64,000 nt of DNA from NCBI RefSeq assembly GCF_050920415.1, contig NZ_CP169309.1, one strand, 5' to 3'. The position numbers and the translations under genes were made by a program. Source of the DNA: Escherichia coli (lineage in GTDB: Bacteria > Pseudomonadota > Gammaproteobacteria > Enterobacterales > Enterobacteriaceae). The notes below the pieces were generated by a model. The model had not been told where the DNA came from and did no database searches. It worked only from the letters and a program-made list of their open reading frames with translations. Of the stretch, positions 1 to 21,271 are shown in pieces. The stretch's first letter is position 1, and each line of letters opens with the position of its first letter.

Positions 1-17
1 CACGCGGCAGGCGTTAA

Positions 18-890
18 TCAACGCCCCTTCTTTTTGCGCCCCGGCGAGGTGAAACGTTTACCGTTGGACGCCGGGCGACCACCTTTTTCCGCCGTTTTTT
101 CCATCTTAACGACTGGACGTTTGATGCCCGCCGTTTTCGGTTTGGCTTTCGCTTTAGGTTTTGCCTCGGAAGAGGAATTTTCGATGAGTTTAAAGAGGTC
201 GATTAACTCATCGTCGGTTAAATCGCGCCACTCCCCCAGCGGAATGCCGCTTAAGCTGACGTTCATAATGCGCGTACGCTCCAGCTTTTTCACTTCGTAA
301 CCAAAGTGCTCGCACATGCGACGGATCTGACGGTTCAGTCCCTGCACCAGGGTAATGCGAAAAACAAACGGCGCTTCTTTTTTGACTTTGCACTTTTTCG
401 TCACCGTCCCGAGGATCGGCACCCCCGCCCCCATACCACGAATAAACTCATCGGTGACTGGTTTATCAACCGTGACCAGGTACTCTTTCTCATGGTCGTT
501 ACCTGCACGGAGGATTTTATTCACCAGATCGCCGTGATTGGTGAGGAAAATCAGCCCCTGGGAATCTTTATCCAGGCGGCCAATCGGGAACACGCGTTTG
601 CTGTGGTTAACAAAATCGACAATGTTATCGCGCTCGCCATCTTCGGTGGTGCTGACAATACCGACGGGCTTGTTCAGGGCGATAAGTACCAAATCTTCGG
701 CTTCCCGAGGCTCAATCAACTGACCATTTACTTTCACAACGTCGCCGGGTTTCACCTGATCGCCAATGGTGGCTCGCTTGCCATTAAGGAACACATTGCC
801 TTGCTCGATATAGCGATCCGCTTCGCGGCGTGAGCAAATTCCGCTTTCGCTGATGTATTTATTTAAACGGACTGATGAGTCGGGCAGCAT
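18..890 (-). CDS. rluF: 23S rRNA pseudouridine synthase RluF
   Basis: 290-aa ORF with S4 domain and RluA-family pseudouridine synthase core ([10 protein letters not shown]); synteny next to pepE. Confidence 0.92.
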   Translation of the reverse strand: MLPDSSVRLNKYISESGICSRREADRYIEQGNVFLNGKRATIGDQVKPGDVVKVNGQLIEPREAEDLVLIALNKPVGIVSTTEDGERDNIVDFVNHSKRVFPIGRLDKDSQGLIFLTNHGDLVNKILRAGNDHEKEYLVTVDKPVTDEFIRGMGAGVPILGTVTKKCKVKKEAPFVFRITLVQGLNRQIRRMCEHFGYEVKKLERTRIMNVSLSGIPLGEWRDLTDDELIDLFKLIENSSSEAKPKAKAKPKTAGIKRPVVKMEKTAEKGGRPASNGKRFTSPGRKKKGR

Positions 891-1101
891 AAATTCTCCT
901 GTAAAAAACGGAATATACCGTACCTTTGGGTTGATAAAAAATAGTCATGAGCGAACTATTTGTTATTTCCATTGGCTTGAATTCGTTACCTGCTCAAATC
1001 ACTTTCCAGAAGCAATGTGCGACATCGTGAGCCATGTCAGTAAGCGATTAAAATCACAGTGATAGCATGCCTCCCGTGATTTCTTACTAACCGGAGAAGT
1101 A

Positions 1102-1791
1102 ATGGAACTGCTTTTATTGAGTAACTCGACGCTGCCGGGTAAAGCCTGGCTGGAACACGCGCTGCCGCTGATTGCTGAACAGTTGCAGGGTCGCCGTTCA
1201 GCGGTATTTATTCCTTTCGCGGGCGTAACGCAGACCTGGGATGATTACACAGCGAAAACGGCTGCGGTTCTCGCTCCGCTGGGTGTTTCTGTCACCGGTA
1301 TTCATAGCGTTGTCGATCCCGTTGCCGCGATTGAAAATGCTGAGATCGTGATTGTCGGCGGCGGTAATACTTTCCAGTTGCTGAAACAGTGCCGCGAGCG
1401 CGGGCTGCTGACACCAATTACTGACGTGGTGAAACGTGGCGCGCTGTATATTGGCTGGAGCGCAGGCGCTAACCTTGCTTGCCCAACCATTCGTACCACC
1501 AACGATATGCCGATTGTCGATCCGCAAGGTTTCGATGCGCTAAATCTGTTCCCGCTGCAAATCAACCCGCACTTCACCAACGCGCTGCCGGAAGGCCATA
1601 AAGGTGAAACCCGTGAGCAGCGTATTCGCGAACTGCTGGTCGTCGCGCCAGAACTGACGATTATTGGTCTGCCGGAAGGTAACTGGATCACAGTAAGTAA
1701 AGGTCACGCTACGCTGGGTGGCCCGAACACCACTTATGTGTTTAAGGCTGGTGAAGAAGCGGTGCCGCTGGAAGCGGGTCACCGTTTTTAA
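1102..1791 (+). CDS. pepE: Peptidase E (alpha-aspartyl dipeptidase, S51 family)
   Basis: 229-aa ORF recognised as PepE; RBS-like ggagaag just upstream. Confidence 0.93.
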   Translation: MELLLLSNSTLPGKAWLEHALPLIAEQLQGRRSAVFIPFAGVTQTWDDYTAKTAAVLAPLGVSVTGIHSVVDPVAAIENAEIVIVGGGNTFQLLKQCRERGLLTPITDVVKRGALYIGWSAGANLACPTIRTTNDMPIVDPQGFDALNLFPLQINPHFTNALPEGHKGETREQRIRELLVVAPELTIIGLPEGNWITVSKGHATLGGPNTTYVFKAGEEAVPLEAGHRF

Positions 1792-1792
1792 G

Positions 1793-1878
1793 TGAATTGC
1801 CGGATGCATGATCCGGCATCTTGTACATAGTGCCTGATGCGACGCTTTACGCGTCTTATCAGGCCTACAGGGGCACGG
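1793..1878. repeat. REP (palindromic unit) element downstream of pepE
   Basis: gcctgatgcgacgct...gcgtcttatcaggcctac matches the REP consensus; sits between convergent pepE and yjbB. Confidence 0.75.
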
Positions 1879-1880
1879 TA

Positions 1881-3512
1881 TTAATACTCGTCCCGTCCTT
1901 CATCTTCATCCGGCTGTTCCAGCACACTGTAAGCCACCGAACAAAACAGCGAGTTCAGACGCTGCATATCTCCCAGTAAGCCTAAATGAAGCGAACTGGT
2001 TTCAATGCTCTGCACGTTTTGCTGATGCAGGCGATCGACGTGGGCGTGGGAATAGCGGCGATTAAGAATGCGAAAACGATGTTTGCTGCGGCGCAAACGA
2101 CGGGCGCTGGTAACATCGCCAGAGAAGAAAACCGACATTGCCAGTTTTAAATTACTGAGCAATTGCTCATAGAGCGCATCCAGTTCCTTCAAGCCATCAA
2201 GCGAAAATGCTCGCCTTGCAGCCAGCGATTTGTCGGCAATTTCACTCCCCATGCGCTCGACGATATCGGAGGCCTGTTCAAGGTTGAGCGACATTTCGAT
2301 GATCTCCGCCCAGCGGCGCGACTCTTCTTCTGCCAGTTCCTCTTTTGGCATTCGCGCCAGATACAGCTTAATGGCGGTATAGAGAACATTGATATCATCT
2401 GCCAACTTACGCAGCTCTTTCTCCTGCCGTGGCTCGCCGTGCATCACTTTATTCAACCCTTCCATCATCTGTTCCATGGCGTCGCCAATGCGCAGGGTTT
2501 CGCGGGCAGCGTTCGCCAGAGCAAGCGTGGGCGTATCTAGCGCGCTGACATCCAGATGTTTAGGCCGTAGCTGGGTATCCAGTTCCGGTTCATCGCGAAT
2601 AATCGTTTTGCAAAACCGTGCCATCGGGTCAACAAATGGCAGCATGACCAGGCAGCGTACAAGGTTGTAGAAGACGTGGAAATAGATCACCAGTTCCGCT
2701 TTTGGCAATGACAACTTCCCCATTGTCTCTGCCAGCAAATGAACAAACGGCAGGATAATCAGGCTACCCACCAGCTTAAACAGCAGACTACCCAGCGCGA
2801 CACGGCGGGCTGCGGCATTGGCGGCACTGTTGTTGAGCATCGCCAGCAGGCCGGAACCGAGGTTAGCACCAATCACCAGACAGAGCGCCACCGGGAAGGA
2901 GATAATGCCTGCGGCGGTCAGAGTCGCGGTCAGCAGTACAGCAGCAAGGCTGGAGTAGCTGATAATGGCGAACATCGCGCCAATCAGCGCATCCAGCAGA
3001 ATATCGCCGGTTAGCGAGGCAAAGATCACCTGAACGCCGTTTGCCTGGGTGATCGGCGTTACGGCCTGCACAATCAATTCCAGCGCCAGTAAAATCAGCC
3101 CAAGACCAATACCGACACGGCCTAGTTGCCCGGCGCGTGACTGTTTGCGGCCGAGGAAAAAAATCACGCCGATAAAAATAAGTAACGGTGACAGCCAGGA
3201 TAAGTCGAAGGTGAGAATACGCGCCATTAGCGCCGTCCCGACATCTGCACCCAGCACAATCACCAGCGCAGGCGCGAGAGCAACCAGATCCTGGGCGACA
3301 AACGAGGTCACCAGCATGGTGGTGGCATTACTGCTCTGCACCAGTGCTGTAACGCCGATCCCCGCGCAAAAGGCAAGCGGCTTCTTTTCGACGCTTCGGC
3401 TAAGAACAGTACGCAAACGCGCGCCGAAGACGCGCATTACGCCGGTTCGAACAATATGAGTCCCCCAGACCAGCAGGGCGACGGCAGAAAGCAGGTGAAG
3501 CAGCGTTAACAC
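1881..3512 (-). CDS. yjbB: Na+/phosphate cotransporter family membrane protein
   Basis: 543-aa ORF with hydrophobic N-terminal half and charged C-terminal domain; position between pepE and metH as in E. coli. Confidence 0.88.
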   Translation of the reverse strand: MLTLLHLLSAVALLVWGTHIVRTGVMRVFGARLRTVLSRSVEKKPLAFCAGIGVTALVQSSNATTMLVTSFVAQDLVALAPALVIVLGADVGTALMARILTFDLSWLSPLLIFIGVIFFLGRKQSRAGQLGRVGIGLGLILLALELIVQAVTPITQANGVQVIFASLTGDILLDALIGAMFAIISYSSLAAVLLTATLTAAGIISFPVALCLVIGANLGSGLLAMLNNSAANAAARRVALGSLLFKLVGSLIILPFVHLLAETMGKLSLPKAELVIYFHVFYNLVRCLVMLPFVDPMARFCKTIIRDEPELDTQLRPKHLDVSALDTPTLALANAARETLRIGDAMEQMMEGLNKVMHGEPRQEKELRKLADDINVLYTAIKLYLARMPKEELAEEESRRWAEIIEMSLNLEQASDIVERMGSEIADKSLAARRAFSLDGLKELDALYEQLLSNLKLAMSVFFSGDVTSARRLRRSKHRFRILNRRYSHAHVDRLHQQNVQSIETSSLHLGLLGDMQRLNSLFCSVAYSVLEQPDEDEGRDEY

Positions 3513-3661
3513 GAGTTCAGGTTCTCCTTATCGTTATATGTTCCTGAAGCAATTGAATGACCAAAGGACCGGAAACACGCTGACTGGCATCTTTACTGTG
3601 CCTTTTGACCTTCGTTTTTCCGGCTAAGATTATTCCAGCCTGATTCCAGTATAAGTGTTTC

Positions 3662-3699
3662 ATATTAATAAAGAGACAGGGCACTCATTGAGCGCCCTG
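3662..3699 (-). terminator. Intrinsic terminator downstream of metH
   Basis: Minus-strand hairpin cagggcgctcaatgagtgccctg followed by a U-rich run, about 30 nt after the metH stop. Confidence 0.6.
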
Positions 3700-3731
3700 T
3701 TTGTTGTAAGGAAAAGTGACAGATTTGTGAA

Positions 3732-7415
<3,684 letters not shown>

Positions 7416-7577
7416 ACTTGCTCCCGACACGCTCAACCCAGATTTAATAAAAATTCAACAAACCATACTGGCATAAACGCATCTGTGGTAAAAGCGAGCA
7501 CCACGCAACATGAGATTTGTTCAACATTAACTCATCGGATCAGTTCAGCAACTATTGCATTAGCTAACAATAAAAAT

Positions 7578-7591
7578 GAAAATGATTTCCA
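7578..7591 (+). promoter_or_regulatory. Putative IclR autoregulatory box upstream of iclR
   Basis: gaaaatgatttcca, whose reverse complement tggaaatcattttc resembles the IclR half-palindrome; about 25 bp before the iclR start codon. Confidence 0.4.
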
Positions 7592-7614
7592 CGATACAGA
7601 AAAAGGAGACTGTC

Positions 7615-8439
7615 ATGGTCGCACCCATTCCCGCGAAACGCGGCAGAAAACCCGCCGTTGCCACCGCACCAGCGACTGGGCAGGTTCAGTCTTTAACGCG
7701 TGGTCTGAAATTACTGGAGTGGATTGCCGAATCCAATGGCAGTGTGGCACTCACGGAACTGGCGCAACAAGCCGGGTTACCCAATTCCACAACCCACCGC
7801 CTGCTAACCACGATGCAACAGCAGGGTTTCGTGCGTCAAGTCGGCGAACTGGGACACTGGGCAATCGGCGCACATGCCTTTATGGTCGGCAGCAGCTTTC
7901 TCCAGAGCCGTAATTTGTTAGCCATTGTTCACCCTATCCTGCGCAATCTAATGGAAGAGTCTGGCGAAACGGTAAATATGGCGGTGCTTGATCAAAGCGA
8001 TCACGAAGCGATTATTATCGACCAGGTACAGTGTACGCACCTGATGCGTATGTCCGCCCCTATTGGCGGTAAATTACCGATGCACGCTTCCGGTGCGGGT
8101 AAAGCCTTTTTAGCCCAGTTAAGTGAAGAGCAGGTGACGAAGTTACTGCATCGCAAAGGGTTACATGCCTATACCCACGCAACACTGGTGTCTCCTGTAC
8201 ATTTAAAAGAAGATCTCGCCCAAACGCGAAAACGGGGTTATTCATTTGACGATGAGGAACATGCGCTGGGGCTGCGTTGCCTCGCAGCGTGTATTTTCGA
8301 CGAGCACCGCGAACCATTTGCGGCAATTTCGATTTCCGGACCGATTTCACGTATTACCGATGATCGCGTAACCGAGTTTGGTGCGATGGTGATTAAAGCT
8401 GCGAAGGAAGTGACGCTGGCCTACAGCGGGATGCGGTGA
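7615..8439 (+). CDS. iclR: Glyoxylate shunt repressor IclR
   Basis: Start placed at MVAPIPAKRGRKP (274 aa) after RBS aaaaggag; track ORF begins 13 codons upstream. Helix-turn-helix plus IclR effector domain. Confidence 0.93.
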   Translation: MVAPIPAKRGRKPAVATAPATGQVQSLTRGLKLLEWIAESNGSVALTELAQQAGLPNSTTHRLLTTMQQQGFVRQVGELGHWAIGAHAFMVGSSFLQSRNLLAIVHPILRNLMEESGETVNMAVLDQSDHEAIIIDQVQCTHLMRMSAPIGGKLPMHASGAGKAFLAQLSEEQVTKLLHRKGLHAYTHATLVSPVHLKEDLAQTRKRGYSFDDEEHALGLRCLAACIFDEHREPFAAISISGPISRITDDRVTEFGAMVIKAAKEVTLAYSGMR

Positions 8440-8455
8440 CATTTTCGCCTCTGAT

Positions 8456-10180
<1,725 letters not shown>

Positions 10181-10194
10181 TTATTGCCCTCATC

Positions 10195-10390
10195 AGGAGC
10201 AGTGAATTGCCGGATAAGACGCGCAAATCGTCGCATCAGGCGTTGATTGCCGGATGCGGCGTGAACGTCTTATCCAGCCTACGGTCAGCAACGGTTGTAG
10301 GCCTAATAAGACGCGCAAGCGTCGCATCAGGCATCGTGCACCGATTGCCGGATGCGGCGTGAACGCGTTATCCGGCCTACAATCAGCAAC
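10195..10390. repeat. Cluster of REP elements (BIME) in the aceA-aceK intergenic region
   Basis: Several alternating copies of gccggatgcggcgtgaacgc / ttatccggcctac and gcctgatgcgacg motifs. Confidence 0.8.
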
Positions 10391-10403
10391 GTGTATCAGT
10401 TGC

Positions 10404-11708
10404 TTAGAACTGCGATTCTTCGGTGGAGCCGGTCAGCGCGGTGACTGAAGACGTGCCGCCCTGAATAATGGTCGTCACTTTATCGAAATAACCTGTACCC
10501 ACTTCCTGCTGGTGAGATACGAAGGTGTAGCCATCTTTCGCGGCGGCAAATTCCGGTTGCTGCACTTTTTCAACATAGTGCTTCATACCTTCGCCCTGGG
10601 CATAGGCGTTTGCCAGGTCGAACATGTTAAACCACATGCTGTGGATGCCTGCCAGGGTGATGAACTGGAACTTGTAGCCCATATCCGACAGCTGCTGCTG
10701 GAAGCTGGCAATAGTTTTGTCGTCGAGATTTTTCTGCCAGTTGAAGGACGGCGAGCAGTTATAAGCCAGCAGTTTGCCTGGATATTTCGCGTGGATAGCT
10801 TGTGCAAAGCGACGCGCCAGTTCCAGATCCGGCGTAGAGGTTTCACACCAAACCAGGTCAGCATATGGCGCATACGCCAGGCCACGGCTGATTGCTTGCT
10901 CAATGCCTGCATGAGTACGGAAGAAGCCTTCGTTGGTGCGCTCGCCGGTAATAAATTCGCTGTCATACGGGTCGCAATCGGAGGTGATCAAATCCGCCGC
11001 ATCAGCATCGGTACGTGCAACCAGCAGGGTTGGAACGCCCGTAACGTCGGCAGCCAGACGCGCCGCAACCAGTTTCTGGATTGCTTCCTGAGTTGGCACC
11101 AGTACTTTACCGCCCATATGACCGCATTTCTTCACTGATGCCAGCTGATCTTCGAAGTGAACTGCCGCTGCACCGGCTTCAATCATCGCTTTCATCAGTT
11201 CAAAGGCATTCAGGACACCGCCAAAACCGGCTTCCGCATCGGCAACGATCGGCAGGAAGTAATCGACATAGCGCGGATCGCCCGGCTCAATGCCCGCGGA
11301 CCATTGGATCTGATCCGCACGGCGGAAGGTGTTGTTGATCCGCTCCACCACAGCTGGCACCGAGTTTGCCGGATAGAGCGACTGATCCGGATACATGCTG
11401 GCCGCCAGGTTAGCGTCCGCCGCTACCTGCCATCCCGACAGATAGACTGCTTCAATACCCGCTTTCGCCTGTTGCAGCGCCTGACCGCCAGTCAGTGCAC
11501 CGAGGCTGTTGATGTAGCCTTTTTTCGACTCGCCATGCAGCAGACGCCACATTTTCGCCGCGCCCAGTTGCGCCAGCGTGCATTCAGGATTGACTGAACC
11601 GCGTAATTTCACCACATCTTCCGCGCTGTATGGGCGAGTAATGCCTTCCCAACGCGGTTGAGTCCACTCTTTCTGTAATTCTTCAATTTGTTGTGTACGG
11701 GTTTTCAT
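10404..11708 (-). CDS. aceA: Isocitrate lyase
   Basis: Start placed at [11 protein letters not shown] (434 aa); track ORF has a 5-codon upstream extension. Contains the isocitrate lyase KKCGH motif. Confidence 0.95.
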   Translation of the reverse strand: MKTRTQQIEELQKEWTQPRWEGITRPYSAEDVVKLRGSVNPECTLAQLGAAKMWRLLHGESKKGYINSLGALTGGQALQQAKAGIEAVYLSGWQVAADANLAASMYPDQSLYPANSVPAVVERINNTFRRADQIQWSAGIEPGDPRYVDYFLPIVADAEAGFGGVLNAFELMKAMIEAGAAAVHFEDQLASVKKCGHMGGKVLVPTQEAIQKLVAARLAADVTGVPTLLVARTDADAADLITSDCDPYDSEFITGERTNEGFFRTHAGIEQAISRGLAYAPYADLVWCETSTPDLELARRFAQAIHAKYPGKLLAYNCSPSFNWQKNLDDKTIASFQQQLSDMGYKFQFITLAGIHSMWFNMFDLANAYAQGEGMKHYVEKVQQPEFAAAKDGYTFVSHQQEVGTGYFDKVTTIIQGGTSSVTALTGSTEESQF

Positions 11709-11737
11709 GTGCAGATGCTCCATAGTTATGTGGTGGT

Positions 11738-13339
11738 TTACGCTAACAGGCGGTAGCCTGGCAGGGTCAGGAAATCAATTAACTCATCGGAAGTGGTGAT
11801 CTGTTCCATCAAGCGTGCGGCATCGTCAAAACGCCCCTGGGAGAAACGTTCTTCGCCCAGTTCGCTGGCAATGACTTTCATCTCTTCGCCCAGCATCTGG
11901 CGGAACAAGGCTTTGGTCACCGGTTTGCCATTACTCAACGTTTTTTGGTGATGGATCCACTGCCAGATGGAGGTACGGGAAATTTCAGCCGTCGCCGCAT
12001 CTTCCATCAGGCCATAAATCGGCACGCAGCCGTTGCCGGAGATCCATGCTTCGATGTACTGCACAGCCACGCGAATGTTGGCGCGCATACCTTCTTCGGT
12101 GCGTTCACCATCACAAGGTGCCAGCAGCTGATCGGCAGTAATCGGCGCGTCTTGTTCGCGCATCACTTCAAGCTGATTTTTACGGGAGCCGAGAATGTCG
12201 TTGAATACCGCCATTGCCGTATCCGCAAGGCCCGGGTGGGCAATCCATGTGCCATCGTGACCGTTATTGGCTTCCAGCGATTTATCCGCTTTTACTTTGT
12301 TGAGCACCTGGTTATTGCGCTCTTCATCTTTGCTCGGAATAAACGCTGCCATGCCGCCCATCGCAAATGCGCCGCGTTTATGGCAGGTTTTGATTAACAG
12401 GCGTGAATAGGCATTAAGGAACGGTTTATCCATCGTCACAGCCTGTCTGTCTGGCAGGACGCGATCGGGATAGTTTTTCAACGTTTTGATATAGCTGAAG
12501 ATGTAATCCCAACGACCGCAGTTCAGACCAACAATATGGTCACGCAGCGCGTGAAGGATTTCATCCATCTGGAACACGGCGGGCAGCGTTTCAATCAGCA
12601 ACGTCGCCTTGATGGTGCCGCGCGCCAGATTAAAGCGATCTTCTGCATAGCTGAAGACTTCGCTCCACCAGGCCGCTTCCTGCCAGGACTGGGTTTTTGG
12701 CAGATAGAAATAGGGGCCACTGCCTTTTGCCAGTAAGGCCTGGTAGTTGTGAAAGAAGTAGAGCGCAAAATCAAACAGGCTGCCAGGGATTGCCTCACCA
12801 CGCCAGGTGACATGTTTTTCCGGCAAGTGCAGACCGCGTACCCGACAAATCAACACCGCTGGATTGGGCTTGAGCTGGTAAATTTTGCCTGCTTCATTGG
12901 TGTAACTGATGGTGCCATTAACTGCATCGCGCAGGTTAATTTGCCCATCGATCACTTTGTTCCAGTCCGGGGCCAGTGAATCCTCAAAATCGGCCATAAA
13001 GACTTTCACATTGGCGTTGAGCGCGTTGATCACCATCTTGCGCTCTACGGGTCCGGTAATCTCTACCCGACGATCTTCTAAGTCCGCAGGAATACCACGA
13101 ATTTTCCAGTCAACATCACGAATGGAAGCTGTTTCCGAAATAAAATCAGGCAATGTTCCGTTATCGATATCCTGCTGCTGCTGAATGCGCGCTGCCAGAA
13201 GTTTATTGCGTTGTGGCGTAAAATGCGTCACCAGCTCAGTCAGAAACTCTACCGCTTCGGCAGTAAGAATTTGCTTCTCCTGCTCGCCATACGGCCTTGT
13301 GAAAACCAGTTCATCGGTTGTTGTTGCCTGTTCAGTCAT
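11738..13339 (-). CDS. aceB: Malate synthase A
   Basis: Start placed at [11 protein letters not shown] (533 aa); track ORF has a 6-codon extension. 14-bp gap to aceA. Confidence 0.95.
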   Translation of the reverse strand: MTEQATTTDELVFTRPYGEQEKQILTAEAVEFLTELVTHFTPQRNKLLAARIQQQQDIDNGTLPDFISETASIRDVDWKIRGIPADLEDRRVEITGPVERKMVINALNANVKVFMADFEDSLAPDWNKVIDGQINLRDAVNGTISYTNEAGKIYQLKPNPAVLICRVRGLHLPEKHVTWRGEAIPGSLFDFALYFFHNYQALLAKGSGPYFYLPKTQSWQEAAWWSEVFSYAEDRFNLARGTIKATLLIETLPAVFQMDEILHALRDHIVGLNCGRWDYIFSYIKTLKNYPDRVLPDRQAVTMDKPFLNAYSRLLIKTCHKRGAFAMGGMAAFIPSKDEERNNQVLNKVKADKSLEANNGHDGTWIAHPGLADTAMAVFNDILGSRKNQLEVMREQDAPITADQLLAPCDGERTEEGMRANIRVAVQYIEAWISGNGCVPIYGLMEDAATAEISRTSIWQWIHHQKTLSNGKPVTKALFRQMLGEEMKVIASELGEERFSQGRFDDAARLMEQITTSDELIDFLTLPGYRLLA

Positions 13340-13431
13340 CGTGCTGCTCCTCGTCATGGATCCGAAAACTTCCCCACTGTGAACGAAGGATCGTTGTGCG
13401 CTTTTCGTTCAGCACAACTAAGACTACTCAT

Positions 13432-13472
13432 TTAAAATGCAAAATCAAAAACAATTTCCATTTTAATTAAAA
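13432..13472 (-). promoter_or_regulatory. aceBAK promoter region with IclR operator
   Basis: AT-rich region upstream of aceB containing aaaatgcaaaatcaaaaacaatttccatttt, which I recall as the IclR-bound segment of the aceB promoter. Confidence 0.45.
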
Positions 13473-13537
13473 ATACTTAATAACTTATTGATAACAATAT
13501 AAATAAAATTTGTTCACCTACTAAGGTGCGTTTCGGA

Positions 13538-13563
13538 AATAAAAAAGGCACCCGAAGGTGCCT
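13538..13563 (-). terminator. Intrinsic terminator of metA
   Basis: Minus-strand stem ggcaccttcgggtgcc followed by UUUUUUAUUU, about 45 nt after the metA stop. Confidence 0.75.
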
Positions 13564-13607
13564 GAGGTAAGGTGCTGAATCGCTTAACGATCGACTATCA
13601 CAGATGA

Positions 13608-14537
13608 TTAATCCAGCGTTGGATTCATGTGCCGTAGATCGTATGGCGTGATCTGGTAGACGTAATAGTTGAGCCAGTTGGTAAACAGCAAATTACCGTG
13701 ACTACGCCAGCTCGCTCGCGGTGTATTTTGCGGATCATTATGCGGGAAATAGTTATACGGTACATCCGGGTCTAGTCCGGCTTCCACATCGCGGAAAAAT
13801 TCCTGCGCCAGCGTTTGCGCATCATATTCGGGATGGCCCGTCACAAAGGCAATGCGCTTATCTTTGCTGGCAAACAGATAGGCATCCCCTTCTTCTGTCT
13901 CCGCCAGAATTTCCAGATCGGTGTAATCACGAATCAGCGCTGCCGGAAAGTCAGCATAGCGCGAATGCGGTGCCAGGAATGAATCATCAAAGCCACGCGT
14001 CAGAAGCGCATGAGGATGGAGAATATGATGCTCGTAAACGCCAGATAGTTTGTCGGTGCGGGTTTGCTTAGGAATGCCGTAGAGGATATTGAGCGCGGCC
14101 TGGACCGCCCAACAGACAAACAGCGTCGAGGTGACGTGATCTTTCGACCACTCCAGCACCTGTTTGATCTGCGGCCAGTAAGCGACATCATTAAACTCCA
14201 CCAGGCCCAGCGGCGCGCCGGTAACTATCAGACCGTCAAAGTTTTGTTCCTGAATATCTTCAAAGTTACAGTAGAAGTTATTCAGATGCTCTGCGGGCGT
14301 GTTGCGCGATTCACGGGAATCGATGCGCAACAGCTGAATATCGACCTGCAAAGGTGAGTTTGAAAGCAGGCGCAGAAACTGATTTTCAGTTTCGATCTTC
14401 TTCGGCATCAGGTTAAGGATAAGCACCTTTAGCGGACGAATTTCCTGACCAGACGCGCGAGAAGTTGTCATCACAAAGACGTTTTCTTCACGCAAGAAAT
14501 TGACGGCGGGTAGCTCGTCCGGCACACGAATCGGCAT
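13608..14537 (-). CDS. metA: Homoserine O-succinyltransferase
   Basis: 309-aa ORF starting [23 protein letters not shown]. Confidence 0.95.
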
Positions 14538-14693
14538 AACCTGATTACCTCACTACATACGCTTATACGTTTAGACATCCAGATAGCTGAAGATAACCAG
14601 AAAATTTGCCAATGTCGAGCCTGCATGTTGAAGGTGAGAAAGTTTCAAGGAAAAGGCTACGTTAGAATATAAGAATGACGAAAAGGAGAGAAA

Positions 14694-15137
14694 ATGGTTA
14701 TTAGTATTCGCCGCTCACGGCATGAGGAAGGGGAAGAACTGGTTGCGATTTGGTGCCGTTCTGTCGATGCCACTCACGATTTTTTATCAGCAGAGTATCG
14801 GGCCGAGCTGGAAGAGCTGGTACGTTCCTTCCTGCCGGAAGCGCCGTTGTGGGTCGCGGTTAATGAGCGGGATCGGCCGGTTGGGTTTATGTTGTTAAGT
14901 GGGCAGCATATGGATGCGCTGTTTATCGATCCTGATGTGCGCGGCTGCGGCGTGGGTCGGATGCTGGTGGAACATGCGCTCTCGATGGCACCGGAACTGA
15001 CAACCAATGTTAATGAGCAAAATGCCCGGGCGGTAGGGTTCTATAAGAAGTTGGGATTTAAGGTTACGGGACGCTCTGAGGTGGACGATTTGGGGAAACC
15101 GTATCCGTTGCTGAATCTGGCGTATGTGGAGGCGTAG
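14694..15137 (+). CDS. yjaB: GNAT family N-acetyltransferase
   Basis: 147-aa ORF with GNAT acetyl-CoA binding motif (RGCGVGRMLVEHAL); divergent from metA. Confidence 0.88.
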   Translation: MVISIRRSRHEEGEELVAIWCRSVDATHDFLSAEYRAELEELVRSFLPEAPLWVAVNERDRPVGFMLLSGQHMDALFIDPDVRGCGVGRMLVEHALSMAPELTTNVNEQNARAVGFYKKLGFKVTGRSEVDDLGKPYPLLNLAYVEA

Positions 15138-15200
15138 GCATTTTTTTTCTCATCCCGGTGAGCTGAACTTCAGGTTTCGTACCCACCAATGGTGACATGA

Positions 15201-15584
15201 TTATTTCTGCTTAAGCATTGCCATGACCGCACTATCACTGAGCACCACTGATTGCGCATGGATGTGGAAATGGCGATATTTCATTAACGTTGCACCAGCG
15301 ACCACTTCATGAAGAATGCGTTCCTCAACCTGTGACAAACCGCCCTCATTCATTTCCAGCGCGCTCACAACAATATCCATACGTTTTGCTGGCAAAAAAG
15401 AGTACCAGGGTGAACGTGGGTGGAGTTGCAAAACAAGATCTTGCAGAACTTTTTCTGCAACAAAGAAATTGGCGATTAACAGGCGCTGGTTACTGAAGGC
15501 AGCCTCTCCTGACACTTCACGTTTGCTTTCAAGATCGCGAACAGTAATTTGATTACGACGAATTTGGATATACAGAACTGACAT
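15201..15584 (-). CDS. yjaA: Stress-response protein YjaA
   Basis: Start placed at MSVLYIQIRRNQ (127 aa); the track ORF is extended 12 codons from a TTG that lies inside the rrnE terminator. Confidence 0.85.
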   Translation of the reverse strand: MSVLYIQIRRNQITVRDLESKREVSGEAAFSNQRLLIANFFVAEKVLQDLVLQLHPRSPWYSFLPAKRMDIVVSALEMNEGGLSQVEERILHEVVAGATLMKYRHFHIHAQSVVLSDSAVMAMLKQK

Positions 15585-15616
15585 GAGATTCCCTTCATCA
15601 TGCAAATAATTGATAT

Positions 15617-15646
15617 GCAAAAAACCCCGGCCTTATGGACCGGGGT
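15617..15646 (-). terminator. rrnE operon terminator
   Basis: Minus-strand hairpin aaccccggtccataaggccggggtt followed by UUUUUUG, immediately 3' of the 5S gene. Confidence 0.7.
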
Positions 15647-15658
15647 TTTTCTAATTTG

Positions 15659-15778
15659 ATGCCTGGCAGTTCCCTACTCTCGCATGGGGAGACCCCACAC
15701 TACCATCGGCGCTACGGCGTTTCACTTCTGAGTTCGGCATGGGGTCAGGTGGGACCACCGCGCTAAGGCCGCCAGGCA
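15659..15778 (-). rRNA. rrfE: 5S ribosomal RNA (rrnE operon)
   Basis: 120 nt matching the E. coli 5S sequence (TGCCTGGCGGCC...GGGAACTGCCAGGCAT) on the minus strand. Confidence 0.95.
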
Positions 15779-15871
15779 AATTCTGTTTCATCAGACCGCT
15801 TCTGCGTTCTGATTTAATCTGTATCAGGCTGAAAATCTTCTCTCAATCCGCCAAAACATCTTCGGCGTTGT

Positions 15872-18774
<2,903 letters not shown>

Positions 18775-18968
18775 TCACAACCCGAAAATGTTTCTTTCGA
18801 TTCATCATCGTGTTGCGAAAATTTGAGAGACTCACGAACAACTTTCGTTGTTCAGTGTTTCAATTTTCAGCTTGATCCAGATTTTTAAAGAGCAAATATC
18901 TTAAACATGACTCGTAAGTCATCTTTAACGATATCAAGGTCGGCGACTTTCACTCACAAACCAGCAAG

Positions 18969-19044
18969 TGGCGTCCCCTAGGGGATTCGAACCCCTGTTA
19001 CCGCCGTGAAAGGGCGGTGTCCTGGGCCTCTAGACGAAGGGGAC
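18969..19044 (-). tRNA. gltV: tRNA-Glu (UUC) in the rrnE spacer
   Basis: 76 nt: reverse complement reads GTCCCCTTCGTCTAGAGGCCCAGGACACCGCCCTTTCACGGCGGTAACAGGGGTTCGAATCCCCTAGGGGACGCCA. Confidence 0.95.
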
Positions 19045-19215
19045 ACGAAAATTGCTTATCACGCGCTGCGTGATATTTTCGTGTAGGGTGAGCTTTCATT
19101 AACAGAAAGCGAACGGCCTTATTCTCTTCAGCCTCACTCCCAACGCGTAAACGCCTTGCTATTCACTTTTCATCAGACAATCTGTGTGAGCACTGCAAAG
19201 AACAGTTCTTTAAGG

Positions 19216-20756
<1,541 letters not shown>

Positions 20757-20880
20757 AAAAGTTTGATGCTCAAAGAATTAAACTTCGTAATAAATTACGT
20801 GTTCACTCTTGAGACTTGGTATTCATTTTTCGTCTTGCGACGTTAAGAATCCGTATCTTCGAGTGCCCACACAGATTGTC

Positions 20881-20900
20881 TGATAAATTGTTAAAGAGCA
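20881..20900 (-). promoter_or_regulatory. rrnE leader boxA antitermination element
   Basis: Minus strand reads TGCTCTTTAACAATTTATCA, the rrn boxA consensus. Confidence 0.8.
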
Positions 20901-20940
20901 GTTGCGACGCGGCTTTCAGCTCACTGTCGCGAGGTGGCGT

Positions 20941-20968
20941 ATATTACGCTTTCCTCTTTCAGAGTCAA
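20941..20968 (-). promoter_or_regulatory. rrnE P2 promoter
   Basis: Minus strand -35 TTGACT, 16-bp spacer, -10 TAATAT. Confidence 0.65.
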
Positions 20969-21050
20969 CCCTGAATTTCAGGATTTTTCTCTTCAACCGA
21001 ACCGGCTGTTTGTGTGAAGTGATTCACATCCGCCGTGTCGATGGAGGCGC

Positions 21051-21078
21051 ATTATAGGGAGTTCTCCGCAGGCCGCAA
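21051..21078 (-). promoter_or_regulatory. rrnE P1 promoter
   Basis: Minus strand -35 TTGCGG, 16-bp spacer, -10 TATAAT followed by GCGC discriminator. Confidence 0.65.
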
Positions 21079-21249
21079 TAGAAAAATTGCAGAAAAATGA
21101 CTGACTGCTGCATTCCCCAGCAAAACCCCGCTTTATACCTTTTTACGCACAGAGTTATCCACAACCATCAATGTAATTTCTGTATTTTTCCCACGGTAAA
21201 CACTGTCAAAATTGTGATCACCATTGAAAGAGAAAAATTCGCGAGCGTT

Positions 21250-21271
21250 GCGCAAACGTTTTCGTTACAAT
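21250..21271 (+). promoter_or_regulatory. purHD promoter with PurR operator
   Basis: gcgcaaacgttttcgt matches the PurR operator palindrome (ACGCAAACGTTTGCGT), immediately followed by a -10-like TACAAT. Confidence 0.6.

Noticed and set aside
324-327. Idea that GATC or CCWGG motifs are systematically damaged across the window
   Set aside because: Intact GATC (for example 324-327) and CCAGG (for example 476-480) sites occur in protein-coding genes, which are all full-length; the motif-associated deletions are confined to the two rRNA operons.
10195-10390. Repeated palindromic units that could be mistaken for a CRISPR array
   Set aside because: The units are REP/BIME elements (gccggatgcggcgtgaacgc family) in alternating orientation with no regular repeat-spacer periodicity and no cas genes; no CRISPR array is present in the window.
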